The translations under genes were made by a program, and so were the position numbers. Positions 24,088 through 38,320 of a DNA stretch of 64,000 nucleotides are shown here, piece after piece. Source of the DNA: Octopus sinensis. Lineage: Eukaryota. The stretch's first letter is position 1, and every line of letters begins with the position of its first letter. The stretch covers positions 137,578,001-137,642,000 of the forward strand of contig NC_043000.1 in assembly GCF_006345805.1 (NCBI RefSeq). Direction: 5' to 3'. The notes beneath the pieces are model-generated. The model made no database searches, had not been told where the DNA came from, and saw only the letters and a list, made by a program, of their open reading frames with translations.

Positions 24088-24270
24088 GTGCTACACTGGA
24101 AGCCATCTACTCGCAATACCAGAGGGCGCACACTCTTCTACCCTGATGTAATCTCCGGGGATACAGGCATCCAGCAACAGGACCTCCGTAATGCTATGAT
24201 GGACCGTGAGGTCTGGCGTAACATAGTAAATTCCATTGTCTCGACCACGGTCGAACAATGATGATGATGA
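24088..24270 (+). mobile_element. 5'-truncated RTE-like LINE 3' end with (TGA)n tail
   Basis: VLHWKPSTRNTRGRTLFYPDVISGDTGIQQQDLRNAMMDREVWRNIVNSIVSTTVEQ* followed by tgatgatgatga, matching the RTE C-terminal 'A.DR..WR' motif. Confidence 0.75.
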
Positions 24271-25779
24271 GCAAGTAGTGAAATCGAACCCGGAACCTCG
24301 AATTTGAGAAAGACTTCTTAACCACATAGACATGACTTATGCTCAGCACATTTACATAAAAGAGTTTGAAATAAATACGTAAATATGTATATTCGTATTC
24401 TTGCTGCAATTGGTTAACCTCAGGTCATCTGTGACAATATGAGAGAGACAATCTGGTATTTTTAAGTTGAGTGTACCCCAGGTCAATTCATTACAGTTCA
24501 GTAATTATATTGTCCAAACGCGAGATAAAGCTAATCTTTTTTACTCTCGACTTATTTTCGGAATTCATTCAGATTATATAGTTGTTAGTAGTGATACTTC
24601 CATGCTGGAGATATTTCATAGCGATTAATCCATTTCAGGTGAAAAACAGAATACAGCATAAAACAAAAATTTCTGAAGGTGTCGGCTGCTACACAAATAC
24701 ACGTTCTCTTACATTGTAAAAGCGCCATTTCTTGATGTGTGATTGTTTGCTTATATTGAATATTTCGCGTATCAAAATAAATTATTTTAAACCATATTAC
24801 ATAATCGTTGTAGCTTTCCGATTTATTTCGTTCTGAATCATAATCGGATAACATATTGTCTCATAAGTCATCTGTTATGCTAAGAATTGATTACATGCTT
24901 CGCCGCCAAACATGACAGACAGAATTGTTTTCTCAATATTTATTCGTTACATATCTAAATTGTTAAGAGCGGATGTTCCTCTTTTTATCAATAGCATGTC
25001 TAGAGCTGTCACTATATTTTAAGTTGTTTCCTCTTTGATAGACTTTCTACATATCTATATTTATTAATATGCCGGCTTATAATTTGTGTCACAAATCAGG
25101 AAAAAAATTCGCTGATACGCACTCTTGCCTAAATATATATGTTTATATATATATATAAGAATCATATATATATATATATATATATATATCTTCTTCTTGC
25201 AGTTGTTGCTTAGTCAACCAAGTCAAGTGTGACACGATGAAGTAACCAGTCTTGCACCTTAACATAAAATCAGTAAAACCAACAAAAGCAAAAATGATCA
25301 CATCTGCAACAACAGCTGTAGAAGCGAAATAGCAACAGCAACAACAAAACTTGAATTAACAACTACAGAGGCAGTAGCCAAAATAGCAACAAAACAGTAG
25401 CAGCAATAGCAACAGGCAATCCGAAAACAAGTCTCCGATACCAAACACATCTGAAGGGGAAAACCGTTCAATGATATTCTCCCGCCCAGCACTGACACCA
25501 CAAACATGAATGCAAGTAAAGTGATCGACTCATCTCCTCCCTCAAAAACTGCAGATCTGCCAGAGCAAAGATATTTGCCAGCGGCAAAAGCCAGGTGACA
25601 ATATATATCGAAATAATTCACGATGTTTTTAGCTTCTAATTCGATTTTCTGTGTTAATCCTCAAACTTTATGCATGTCTTTGCAATTATATCCCCCTCAT
25701 CCATCCTGATGGTGGTGCTGGCGGAAAATAAGTGTATACTCATCTTTCGCCCCCTCCGACTCCTCCTCGTCCCCTTCCA

Positions 25780-25792
25780 CTTCTTCTTCTTC

Positions 25793-25824
<32 letters not shown>

Positions 25825-26091
25825 CTTCTTCTTCTTCTTCTTCTTCTTCTTCTTCTTCTTCTTCTTTTTCTTCTTCTTTTTCTTCTTCTTCTTTTCTTCT
25901 TCTTCCTCTTCCTGCTACTACTACTTTTGCTGCTGCACTACTACTACTCCTGCTGGCGCTACTGTTGCTACTACTCCTACTACTACTACTACTACTACTA
26001 ATCCAACTACTCCTACTCCTACTACTACTACTTCTGCTGCTACTACTACTACTACTACAAATACTACTACTGCTGCTACCACTACTACTAT

Positions 26092-26128
<37 letters not shown>

Positions 26129-26215
26129 GCTGCTACTACTGCTGCTGCTGCTGCTACTACTACTGCTGCTATTACTACTACTGCTGCTGCTGCTAGTACT
26201 ACTACTATTACTACT
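25780..26215. repeat. Compound trinucleotide tract (CTT)n-(CTA)n-(CTG)n
   Basis: Read directly from the sequence; it explains the poly-F/S/E/T/L ORFs in the track. Confidence 0.95.
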
Positions 26216-26479
26216 AGTTGATTGATTGACATGAATATCCATCAGACTCAAATGCATGTTCAGATCTGTAGCTGCACAAGCGAGAATGCAAATAATAATA
26301 CTATGTCATACCAGGTCACAGTTGACTTGGTATGAGAAATAGCTAAACCGGTCTTTTCAAGGAAAATAGTGATTTGATGCTGATGAGAATGTGATGTATT
26401 AAAGTGCAATTTGTAAGACAGATACTGAAGTTGATAATTTAACGACAAGAGTTCTATGAGAATCGTTGAAGACCAAACA

Positions 26480-27300
26480 TCAAACTGAGAAATTGGAGTA
26501 ATATCCACAAGATGTGCAACTCAAAGCAAAGCGGTACACTAATAGGCAAGGTATACGCGGTTATAAAATACATCTTGAATGAACATGAAGTAAATCTCAC
26601 CTCACTGAATAATCTAATTTATGCTGTAGTTTTAATAACTATTGCTCTGTACCGTATTCCAATAAAGAGAAAGACTAAATACGCAAACAGCCGACTAGCA
26701 TCAGAGAAATCTTAAACTAAAATGAAAGTAATGAGATCTGAGAATGAAATAATCGAGTACATCAAGAGAAATGAACGGTTAAAAGTACCAAAAGCTAACA
26801 AGTTGAAAAGAAAATAATGCATTAAAATAATTATTGAAATCGATCAAGTGATCGACAAATCAACTAAATGATCCAAGGTAAAGAAGTATATATAAGGCGG
26901 CTCGAGAAATGATCAAACATCTTTAACGATATTTCGAAAATATTTATTTCTATGAAAAATTACAAAAGCCAGTATAACTATTAAGACTACACCTGAGAAA
27001 TTACAAAAGTATGGAAATCAATGTGGTCGAATCCAAGAAGATCAGTCGTGATTCATTTTGGATTCATCGGTAATTCAGAGACAGTGGGCATATTAAGGGG
27101 CAAATATAGAAAGCTATCTCGGTTAAAGATCTCAGGAGTGCACTACGATGCTCAAGCAAATGGAAATCACATGGAAAAGATAGAATCTTCAGCTTCTGGC
27201 TTAATGCTCTCCTTGAATCCCACGAGAGACTGACCCATACAATTATACATGACCTGGAAAAATGTTTATCTCTGGTTGGTGAAATCTTTAATGAAATCTT
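26480..27300 (+). mobile_element. Second degenerate R4/Dong LINE, N-terminal region to RT domain 0
   Basis: Pieces VNLTSLNNLIYAV, KVWKSMWSNP and ISVKDLRSALRCSSKWKSHGKDRIFSFWLNALLESHERL correspond to 'NWK.PG.D.I..FWLK....H.RL'. Confidence 0.7.
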
Positions 27301-27349
27301 AATTGTCAATATTAGGTCTCTAATGCTACTGCTCTTCGTCTAAGAGAAA

Positions 27350-28100
27350 TCGAGATTTCCTGCCTTCTGCTGCCAGTCATGGGGCTCAAAATCAATGAGG
27401 ATTTTGAACAATCTTGATATGCAAACACTTGTTATAAAGTATAGCCTCTATACTTGACAGTTTCCTCCTTATGTAGCTAGCCATTGCCTTCAGTATTTCC
27501 GTGCTATTATCGGCTTTTCACAGTACGCACTTTTATTTCGGAGAAACCTACAAGTCATCGAGATAGGCACTGAGCTCCATCCTTCGATACGGCTCACCAC
27601 TGGCCTTGAACAATCGAACAAGGCGCTGTTGAAAACCAGCGTACGTCTCTTTGGGTTCAAGTGACATATTCTTATGAAGATAGTCAATGATCGAATTGTG
27701 GTTTTGTTGCCATGTTGATATCTGCCACCCAGACCCGTTGGACGGCTTTCGTTTCCTCCTGTCTTTGAACATGCGTTTGAACTCTGAAAAAGTAGCTTTC
27801 ATACTTCACACCGAAAAGTTGGTCTAGAACTAATCTCGCCGCAAGCATGTTGTTTGCAATGCGTTTCCTAAACAGGTATCCTAAGTTTTAAGTACGTTTC
27901 CCTCTCGTCTAGGTTTTATAATCGCTACTTCTTCACTAAACCTTATCGACCCTACTCTAATCGCTTATTTAAGAGGGAAAGACTATTTGCTGTTAAATCT
28001 TTCCCCCGTCCACACCCACGTAAATCATACACTAACCCGGACCCTGTAACTTGTGCTCTAAGAACGCGGATTTCAGTTTCAGTAACGTAGTCACTGCCAT
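27350..28100 (-). mobile_element. R4/Dong-like post-RT fragment in opposite orientation
   Basis: Minus-strand LDERETYLKLRI resembles 'E.YKYLGI', and VSRIEGWSSVPI resembles 'PR.EGGRGL..I'. Heavily decayed. Confidence 0.45.
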
Positions 28101-28813
28101 CTAAATGTTTCTAGATTGACAGACCAAGTCACAAATTTGTGATTCGTATAGCTGACTACTTTGAATTGTGATGTACCTACTGAACCGTATGCATTGGTTT
28201 ACAGAATATTTTATCTAGATACGATTACGGTGAGCCGATACGGTTTGTTCAAGTTCACACTGACACATTCAAAATATTCTGTCCGTACCTAACACTTTTA
28301 CTTTCATTGAATATTATTTCTTAGTAGACTTCATTTTCTAGTGCTGGCTTACCTTGATATTGATGAGATGACTATCTACGAGTTTTCTTGGTGTAGGTAT
28401 ATATTAAGTACTCGTGTTGGTTATGAGTAGAGTAAAATTAATAATTTGTGGGTCGCGTATAGCGAAGGTGTAACAATAATAATTCGGAAGAATGAAAAAA
28501 CTGAATTGTGAAACTATGTTAACGTGCGAGATAAGTTGAATTGTTAAACCAAAACAATTGAAAACTATAGAATTATTTCTTTGACATATGTATAACAATG
28601 GCCCGGAGATAGCCGCAATCAATCCTGCGACTACACAGAGACACCCGCCAACACACACATGTATGTATGTGTGCGTATGTGTATGCATATGAATGTGTGA
28701 GTGGTGCATGTATATATATAATTATATACTTTGTATTAATGCTTACCGAAATGGTTTATTACATGCTAGCTACTTGATAAAATCCTATATAGATTTTATC
28801 CTTGATTGTGATG

Positions 28814-28845
<32 letters not shown>

Positions 28846-29629
28846 AATGGAAAATGTAGGCAAACGCACAAGATGTTATTTAAATCATTTATATCGCCGA
28901 CATCGATGTTTCGATGGGCATATTAAAATTAATACGGGAGGAAAATTAATGTGGAATAATATACCAATCTCATCGGAGATGAGATTATAAATAACATTCT
29001 TCATTAATAAAACATTTTTATAGATGTAAGAAATTATAGTATATAATATATAATATATATGAAAAACAAAAGGTGAACAGAGAACGCTAGTAATTTTAGA
29101 ATTTGACGTTATAGAAGAGAGAATAAGAGAGGGAAGAAAGAAAGAAAATCAAAGAGTTAATGAATGAATATGCAAATAGTATGTGAATGACAAATGGATA
29201 GAAATGATAAAGGAAAGCATGGGATGGTTGGAGTGAAAAGTGTAAGTTACAGATATTATTAGACAAAGGGGGCAAATATTATTTGAAATAGTTGAAAGTG
29301 CGTTTTTCCCAATGTAAACACCTGAAAACACGTTCTTTATAGGTGTTGACAAGTGTGTGCTTGGAAAAAAAAATAGTTGTTTGTCCGTACAAAGAGGGCA
29401 AAAAATTTTGCTCTATCATAAGGGAACGATCTTGACAAAATTTCCAGTCTAAAGAAAATTTGTTTACTACAATCTTTGAGATGCCAAATTAGTTTACTTG
29501 GACCTGTAATATTATTTTTATTAATATATTTAAATCATATATTAAAATCATTACATTAATATATTTAAGCTGGCTACGCGTTTTTTAAAAATTCAGTGGA
29601 GGAAAGTCCAACATAGAAAAATTCTTTAG

Positions 29630-29890
29630 TCCCTGAAGTAACTTTCCATTGGTAAATAACAGCATTCCTACTACTTTTGTAATTCGGTCTAGAGGTCGTT
29701 CTACGTAAGTGAGCCGAGGAACTTCTGCGATTGGCTCTAGGTCTCGAGAACGGTGTTAAAACTGTGACCTTTGAGTTGTCTTTTCATCTTGGGGAAGAGG
29801 TGGAAGTTCGCAGGCACTAACTCTGACGAATACACAGGATGCGGAAGCCATACCATGTTCTCGTCGAGAAACTCACGAGTGAGTTTTGGA
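29630..29890 (-). pseudogene. Mariner transposase C-terminal remnant
   Basis: Minus strand LPHPVYSSELVPANFHLFPKMKRQLKGHSF matches the HPPYSPDLAP.DF.LFPKMK..LKG..F motif. Confidence 0.75.
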
Positions 29891-30579
29891 AATCAAGAAT
29901 TATAAATTCATATACAGGTGATAATTGTATTTCTCTTAATAGTTCTGGATCAAATTGTAAAAATTACATATGAATGTATTTATGTATGTGTGTCACTGTA
30001 CATATATTTATATATGTGTGCTTAAGTGTGTATATATGTGAGTTTAGTGCACAAATGTCTATTTGAGTCCAGGTTAATCGAAGTACGTGTTAACGTATCT
30101 CAACTACATTAAAACGCCATGTTGCGGTTCGATTACTAGAAACTGATAAGATATTTTGCGCGTCTAAAGTAAGTCTTCATGATCGTTCTACAATACTTAA
30201 AGGTGTTGACCCAGCGTAGACATAGTCCAGTAACGGAAACCAATAAAATATATGAACAAGAGGAAGATTAATTTGATAATAACGTGAAAGTTGTGATGAT
30301 TTATTTCTTCGAACGTTAATACACTTCGATACAACATATCTGCGAACAATAGAAAAATATATATTTAAATCCTTCTTATTAGTTTTATCGTTGATTTATG
30401 TTTATATAGATTTATGTTTGCGCAGAAAAATGAAATTATCAACTTAGCTAGAAATTAAGTCAGTAAACCATGACATGATAAATACACATATCTTATACAA
30501 CAAATTCAGGGATAAATATTTCCGTTGTATGCATATATATATATGTGTGTGTGTGTGTGTATTTATGTATGTATCTATA

Positions 30580-30635
<56 letters not shown>

Positions 30636-30897
30636 GTACATACATATATGTATAATATGTATATAAATATATACGTATATATATGTTTTTAATATACATA
30701 TATATATGTAAATATGCACACAGACAGACACACACACACATATATGTATATATATATATATATATATAATATATATATATGTATATATATATTTATATAC
30801 ATACACACACACGTATACATATATATATTTATATACATACGCACATACATATATATTTATATACATACACACATACATATATATATATGTATATATA

Positions 30898-30964
<67 letters not shown>

Positions 30965-31643
30965 GTATGTATATATATATGTATGTATGTATGTGTGTAC
31001 GTACGTAAATACACAGTGCTACATATTCGTGCATTGTTAAGCATTGTTCATCAACGTTTACCCCTCCTCAAATAGTGTAGTTTATATTAATAGTTCTCTT
31101 GATCGCCACATTAAATTTGTTAGCACTTACTCCATTTCATATACTCGTTGGGTAATACGATTTTCTCAAGTTCGTTGATTTCTTCAGAAGTAGGTTACAT
31201 AATGTGAACTACTTGCCTTGGAGAACAGAACAGACTTCGCAGACTCGGTTCGCCGGATTGTTTTGCTTATTCTATGTAAATGGATTCGCACTCACAGCTA
31301 TTTATATAAAAGAAAGCTGGTCACAGTATTGAGATAACATCAGATGCCCGAATTTATGAATATACTTCAACAGTAAAATGCACCATACCACCCAGTTATA
31401 ACTAATATGGATATATGTTCGTGTAGAATTTCATATTTTATTAAATGTTCATATCAAGCCAAGAGTAACGATCAGCACATTTAATGCACCAGCTATTAAC
31501 TTGTAGATATTAATTGAAGCTATCAGATATGATATCATGCAGTCGATTGACTTTCTAGAAAAAATAGCCAACTTTCCTTCAAAACACAAATTTCCAAATT
31601 ATATTGTACCGCGTAGTCTTGATATACAAAGATATACAATGGT

Positions 31644-32001
31644 ACTCTTTTACGCTTTTACTTATTTCAGTCATTTGACTGCGGCCATGCTGGAGCACCG
31701 TCTTTAGTCGAGCAAATCGACCCCTGGACTTATTCGTTCTAAGCCTAGTACTTATTCTATCGGTTGTCAAGCGATGTTGGGGGGACAAATACAGACACAC
31801 AGCCACACACACACATATATATACATATACACATATGCGATGGGCTTCTTTCAGTTTCCATCTACCAAATCCACTTACAAGGTTTCGGTCGGCCCAAGGC
31901 TACAGTAGAAGACACTTGCCCAAGATGCCACGCAGTGGGAATGAATCCGGAACCATGTGGTTCGTAAGCAAGGTACTTACCACACAGCCACTCCTGCGCC
32001 T
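31644..32001 (-). mobile_element. SINE family A
   Basis: Reverse complement of the 5178 element. Confidence 0.85.
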
Positions 32002-33421
32002 ATATTAAATAAATCGGAAGTAAAACAATAACACCAGCAACATGGGTAAACTATATTTATGAAATTATAATTTCAAATAGAATTCAATGTGTGTATTTAA
32101 ATTTAAGGAAGAGAAACTGCCAAGTGTCGAAACCAAGAATTGGAGAAAGAAGTGTTCTCTATCGTAAGTATCAGACAAGTATCTACGTTCATTTAAACCA
32201 CTATATACTCCGATGGAGTTTGTGGCCTTGTGCCAATGCAACATATCAAAATTATTATAACCATTCATCCTCAATCATCTACATAGCGTACTGCAATATT
32301 TAATATTCTCAGTTAAGTTATTAGAATAGATATATGTAGTTAAACTCCCTCACACATCGATATGAATATTTTTTATATATGAATTTCCTCATAACACCAT
32401 ATAATTACTGCAATATAACTTGTTTCATTTTTACCAGACATTTTTTTTCATCGCTCCAGAACCTAAAATGGTTGTTGGATAACTATGACATTATTTACCA
32501 CCAGTAACCTATAGCAATAAATAAAGGAATCTAACATTAAATTGCATTAGAGAACCAATAAAACATAACCTTAATATATATGTATTCCTTTGCACAATAT
32601 ATAAGCAATTTATTGCACCGTTTTTCTTGTGCATTGCACACAAAAAGTGGGAACTGTAATTTATTTCACGTCTTTAGAAAGATTTTGTACTTTCACGAAT
32701 TTTTTTACACAGTGGCAAACATATTGTTTTGTTTTATTTTTCTCCAAAAAAAGAAGTTATAGCAGAATAGATAGGCCGATGCTACTGGCTCTTAGCCATC
32801 ACGAAATATCTTTAAAGAATTCAGAAATATACTCCTTATATTTGAATAGTTGTCTCAAATGTTCTTTCAAGCGATTATTCCAAACGATGATTATATCTAG
32901 CATGATTTATAAATGTTCTACGAGATAATAGTATCGTAATGTGTTGGTTTACATTTCATAAAACAAAATAAAAGCAGAGTAACACTAAACTAATACTTAT
33001 AAAGGAAATACTTTCGACATATAGACTAAACACTCTATAATACACAGAGTAAATTGTTGTATTTATAAAGGCTTTCTACTTGGAGCAATTTTATCTGAAA
33101 CGAAAAATTATAAAAATTATATAATAAAAAGATAATCAGCTGTTCAATAATGTAGAGAACATTGTAGTTTAGAATATAAGCAAGATAGAGACAATCTTGA
33201 TGCAAAGCTAAAATTACATGTATTGGAGATAAGTTTCAAATATTAGTTTAACACTTAGTTAAGAATTTCTTGGTAATAACCTAGAAACAGCGCCAGTTTG
33301 TGACTTCAGAAGGAATATCTAATTACCAACCTATTTATCTATATCTCTATTTATCTATATTTATCTATATTTCTTTCTTTCCATTCCCCTGTCACTCTCT
33401 CTTTCCCCGCTCTTCTGAATG

Positions 33422-33466
<45 letters not shown>

Positions 33467-33519
33467 AGTTAGTTACAAATGTTCTAGCGAGCAAAATAAG
33501 AGTACTCGCCATATATCTA

Positions 33520-33752
<233 letters not shown>

Positions 33753-34627
33753 TGGTGTATAAACAAAAAACCGCTCCAAGACAAAGAACATAATCATTGG
33801 TGAAAATGCTGGTGTAGGTAATCTTACTCTTTCATCAGGACCCATTGAGCAAATTGCCGGTATCTGCTACAACTACTACTATTTCGTGCTACAAAAACAT
33901 ACAAAGAATCAATGAAGAGGGGGGAAAATAAGTGCTGAACAAAAAATGCAAGTGAGAGAGAGAGAAAGAGAGAGACTGCATGCAAATCAACGATGCACAT
34001 AACACTCTCACTTTTGTTTATATATAATCGGTGTAGTAAACTGGTAGGGTGGTTAAGATAACAGAAAGTTATCTTGAAATATTTACGCACAGCCCTTTAC
34101 ATTTTGCGTTTAGATCAAGACAAGACCGATTTGTTTTGTATTCTTTTGAGGTCTCTACAACTAATTACCAATCAGGAATCGTGGTCGATTTGGTTGACGA
34201 TCTCTTCCAGCAAGTATTTAAGTCTATCCTAGAACATGTTTGTTTTCCATTCACATTTGACCTTTCAAATTATGTGTAATAAACTGAATGTACCAATAAA
34301 TTTATATAAAATTACATTGTACATATAGAGTATATAATAATATAAATTGAAGTAACAATTATAATATAAAGTTTGTGGATACGCTTTTTAAAAAGCAAAT
34401 GTTTTCAATTCATAAGTACTCTGAAGTCTTCCTTCAATAAAATTCGTTCAGCATGAAAGGAAAATTGTATGGTCAGTATAGAACTAAAATAAATCAAATT
34501 AAAAATTGCGATTCATCTACATCTATCCTCAGATATCGTTGATTCATTCAGTATTGATCCGAGGTAACGTGGGACAATTTATGTGAAACGCGTTACCCTC
34601 ATCACAAATTGATCTATGCTATTCTAT

Positions 34628-34908
<281 letters not shown>

Positions 34909-35368
34909 CATCCCTACACCCACCATCGTCCATCTTTCTTTTCTTCACATGATAATTTTTCTTTTCTTTCACGGCTGTTGTAGAGACTGCACGTAACCCA
35001 TCTGTGTCTCTCTTCTATCTTTCCTCGTATCAAAGAGAATATTTCTCTAGCGTTCTCTATTTTAATCTCGTCTGGTGTAACGACCCCACCATGTTTCTTT
35101 TCGTTCAGTTTCCTTATATATCTCCACTGTCCTGTTTTAGTTACCAAATTGGGCCTCCGCAAATCCCAAACCTCCGCAACTGCCCTTCGAAGAATCATAT
35201 TTTCGTTCAATGCTCGAAATGAGGAGTAGATGGACAACTGCTAAAGGGTCGTATTTTTATGCTACTTGTCCTGTTTTCCAATTGTTTCTCTCGTTGTTTA
35301 TGTATTCAACTCCTTTGTTTTCGTATTTCATGTTGCTCACGGTTTGTGACTTCCCGTATACCCATATA

Positions 35369-35427
<59 letters not shown>

Positions 35428-35607
35428 GTGTGTGTACATATACATATATACACACACATATATTTTATATATACATACATACACACATATATATATATAT
35501 ATACATATATACACACACACACATATATATAGATATATATATTATTCATATTATTATTTGATTGAAAGCCATGCATCCATTTCCAAGTAAGTTTATACAT
35601 ATATTAT

Positions 35608-35653
<46 letters not shown>

Positions 35654-35680
35654 ATATATTATATATGTATATATATATAT

Positions 35681-35715
<35 letters not shown>

Positions 35716-36402
35716 TATGTATGTATGCATGATGTATAAAATGATATCGTTTTCTGATATTGATCGCCGAGTTTATGTCACACAACTTCTTTATATGTCA
35801 GTCTGATGCTTTATCACTTGGGAAATAAAATTCATTAATTCTTAATAATCTCGTGAATAACTGATTGGTATATTCTATTCACACTAAGTTATCCAGGACT
35901 GGTTATAAGAATTGCTATAAAACTTATTGTGTATATTTGTTTGAACCATCAAGGTTTAGAAAATACTTTAATATTTTCCTTTCCTTTCTGAACTCACATT
36001 TGTATTCATTCTCTTCTGTAACAAAAAGGAAATAAGCAACCAGATGAAGTTCATACATCTTACAAGTAATTTCGATGTCATTTTCCTTATTTTCGTTTTA
36101 AAGTAACAATGAAGTTTCTTCTCTCGTAAGTTTAGTATGTATTACATATGATTGGTTGAATTCTAGAGCCTTTAGTTCATGTTTATTCTTATTGTTATTA
36201 CCTAGCTATTTGGTGACGAAGTATACATTTACGACACGTTATAATCGCCTTTCCGTTCTACATACACACAACACTCACGTGGTATACTCTGTAGGCTCAG
36301 TTTGAATTCCTCGCTAATGCCTGCCAGCTTTGGATCGGGCCACTTACACACAGACACCATAGAATGCAGCTGAAGATGTTTATATACACAGACAAATATA
36401 TA

Positions 36403-36968
36403 TTGGGTTGTCCGGAAAGTTCGTGCCGACTTTTAAAGGAAAGAAAAAGGTCAATAAGTACTTGCCATTACATTTTAAATCAACCAAATATGAAACATTT
36501 TGTTGCACACTGCGTCTCCATCTTTCCTTTAACTTGAAAATAACCTCTTCCCAGAATTGAAGGGGTTTCATGGCAAAGAATTCATCAAGGTATCTTTTTA
36601 CGTCATCCAAGGAATTGAAAATTTTACCATTAAGACTATTCTGCAGAGACCTGTATACGCGGAAATCCGAAGGAGCAATATCTGGTGAATATGGAGAGTG
36701 GGGTAACACACTCCATCCGAGCTACAGCGATTTTTGTCTTCTTCCCAAAGCACCAAGTGTCGAAAATGAACTTACTTATCTTCCATTTTAGAGGTTTACA
36801 GAATTAGCACAGGCTATAGGAACATAAACCTTCTTCCACGAAAAGATAGCTTAAATTGTGCTCTAAATGGAGGTGTAGTCAAATCCTATTTCATGGATTC
36901 AACCATGTTCTAAAATAAGTCGAAAGGTGAGCTACTATAAATCGGCACGAACTTTCTGGACAAGCCAA
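36403..36968 (-). mobile_element. Internally deleted mariner element with both TIRs and TA TSD
   Basis: ta-ttgggttgtccggaaagttcgtgccga ... tcggcacgaactttctggacaagccaa-ta. The N-terminus MEDK*VHFRHLVLWE (ATG at 36786) is fused to the C-terminus LPHSPYSPDIAPSDFRVYRSLQNSLNG...KLKERW. Confidence 0.92.
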
Positions 36969-37577
36969 TACTTATATATGTGTAGATATTTGAAGGTGAT
37001 TTTAGCGGCGAGATAAATCCTTGCTGGCGATATAAACAAGAGTGCACCAAAAGCCAATACGGAAATTTCTCACATACTATCAACCGCATTTTAGTGTGTA
37101 TTAATAGAATATACACGTTTAAGTGGGGATTAATTTAGTACTTTATATTTACCTGTCACATGGAGAATCACCATTGTTGGGAAGTGTTACTTAGTTCGTT
37201 TTTACGTTTCGCCCACCGTATTTGCTTTTGGAGCGTGAGGTAGATGGACATCGCTACCAGCGTTTGTGTTTATTACCCTGATATGGTTTCTTCTAGTATC
37301 TCTGTTAAAAATGTATCTACTTATCTACTTTTGGAATGCATTCATATCCAAATTTTGTTGAACGATAAATAATTTCTCGCTAACACTTTTACAAAACTGG
37401 GTTCTTACACTTGAGTGATCGGTGGCATGCAGTAACGTACATTTTGAGCCAGTGTTGGAATAGCTTTCAATCCCTGAGTTAGGCATTAAACTATGACTTG
37501 ACACGCACATACACACAGACACACATATATGCATGTATGTATGTATGCATGTATGTATGTATGTATGTATGTATGTA

Positions 37578-37798
37578 TGGCAGAAACGTTAGCATGCCGG
37601 GCGAAAGGCTTTGTGGTATTTCGTCTGCAGTTACGTTCTGAGTTCAAATTCCGCCGAGGTCGACTTTGCCTTTCATCCTTTCGGGGTCGATAAATTAAGT
37701 ACCAGTTACGCACTGGGGTTGATGTAATCGACTTAATACCTATGTCTGTCCTTGTTTGTCCCCTCTATGTTTAGCCCCTTGTGGGTAATAAAGAAATA
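37578..37798 (+). mobile_element. SINE family B
   Basis: Near-identical to 23354-23584. Confidence 0.85.
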
Positions 37799-38270
37799 TA
37801 TGTATGTATGTATGTATCTATGTGTGTGTGTGTGTTTGTGTGTGTTTGTGTGTGCTTGTGTGAGTGAGTGAGGGAGTTCGTCGTTCTTTTAGCCTTTCTC
37901 ACTAATTCATTTGTTGCGCTGGGTTTAACAGCAATGGATTGTCTTGAACTCTGTTGTTAGATGCTATATTGCAACCGTTACTTGGAGCGGTGGACCTGGA
38001 GACTGAAGCGAAAATTTCTCCACAGGACCACCATAAATTTATTTTCTCTTGTTCTGCAGGATGTTAGAATCCCATCAGTCCGCCGCCAGCACATTGCTGC
38101 CCGCGTAGTAATATATACACGGAGTGATGTATCGTTACTCATATTGATTTCCAGATCTATTACTGATGGTGACCCTGCTATTTCAGTCTTCTGCTGGTAA
38201 AGGAGCGCATGAAAGTTCCTATCTTTGAACTGGAAATCGTTTTCGAGCCATAATGATGATGATGGTGATG

Positions 38271-38320
<50 letters not shown>

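Noticed and set aside
25298-25621. 107-aa minus ORF and Q/T-rich plus frame
   Set aside because: Low-complexity CAA/CAG-rich sequence with stops in the plus frames and no motif.
29822-29850. CTGACGA word
   Set aside because: It lies inside the mariner coding remnant and has no stems or GAAA box.
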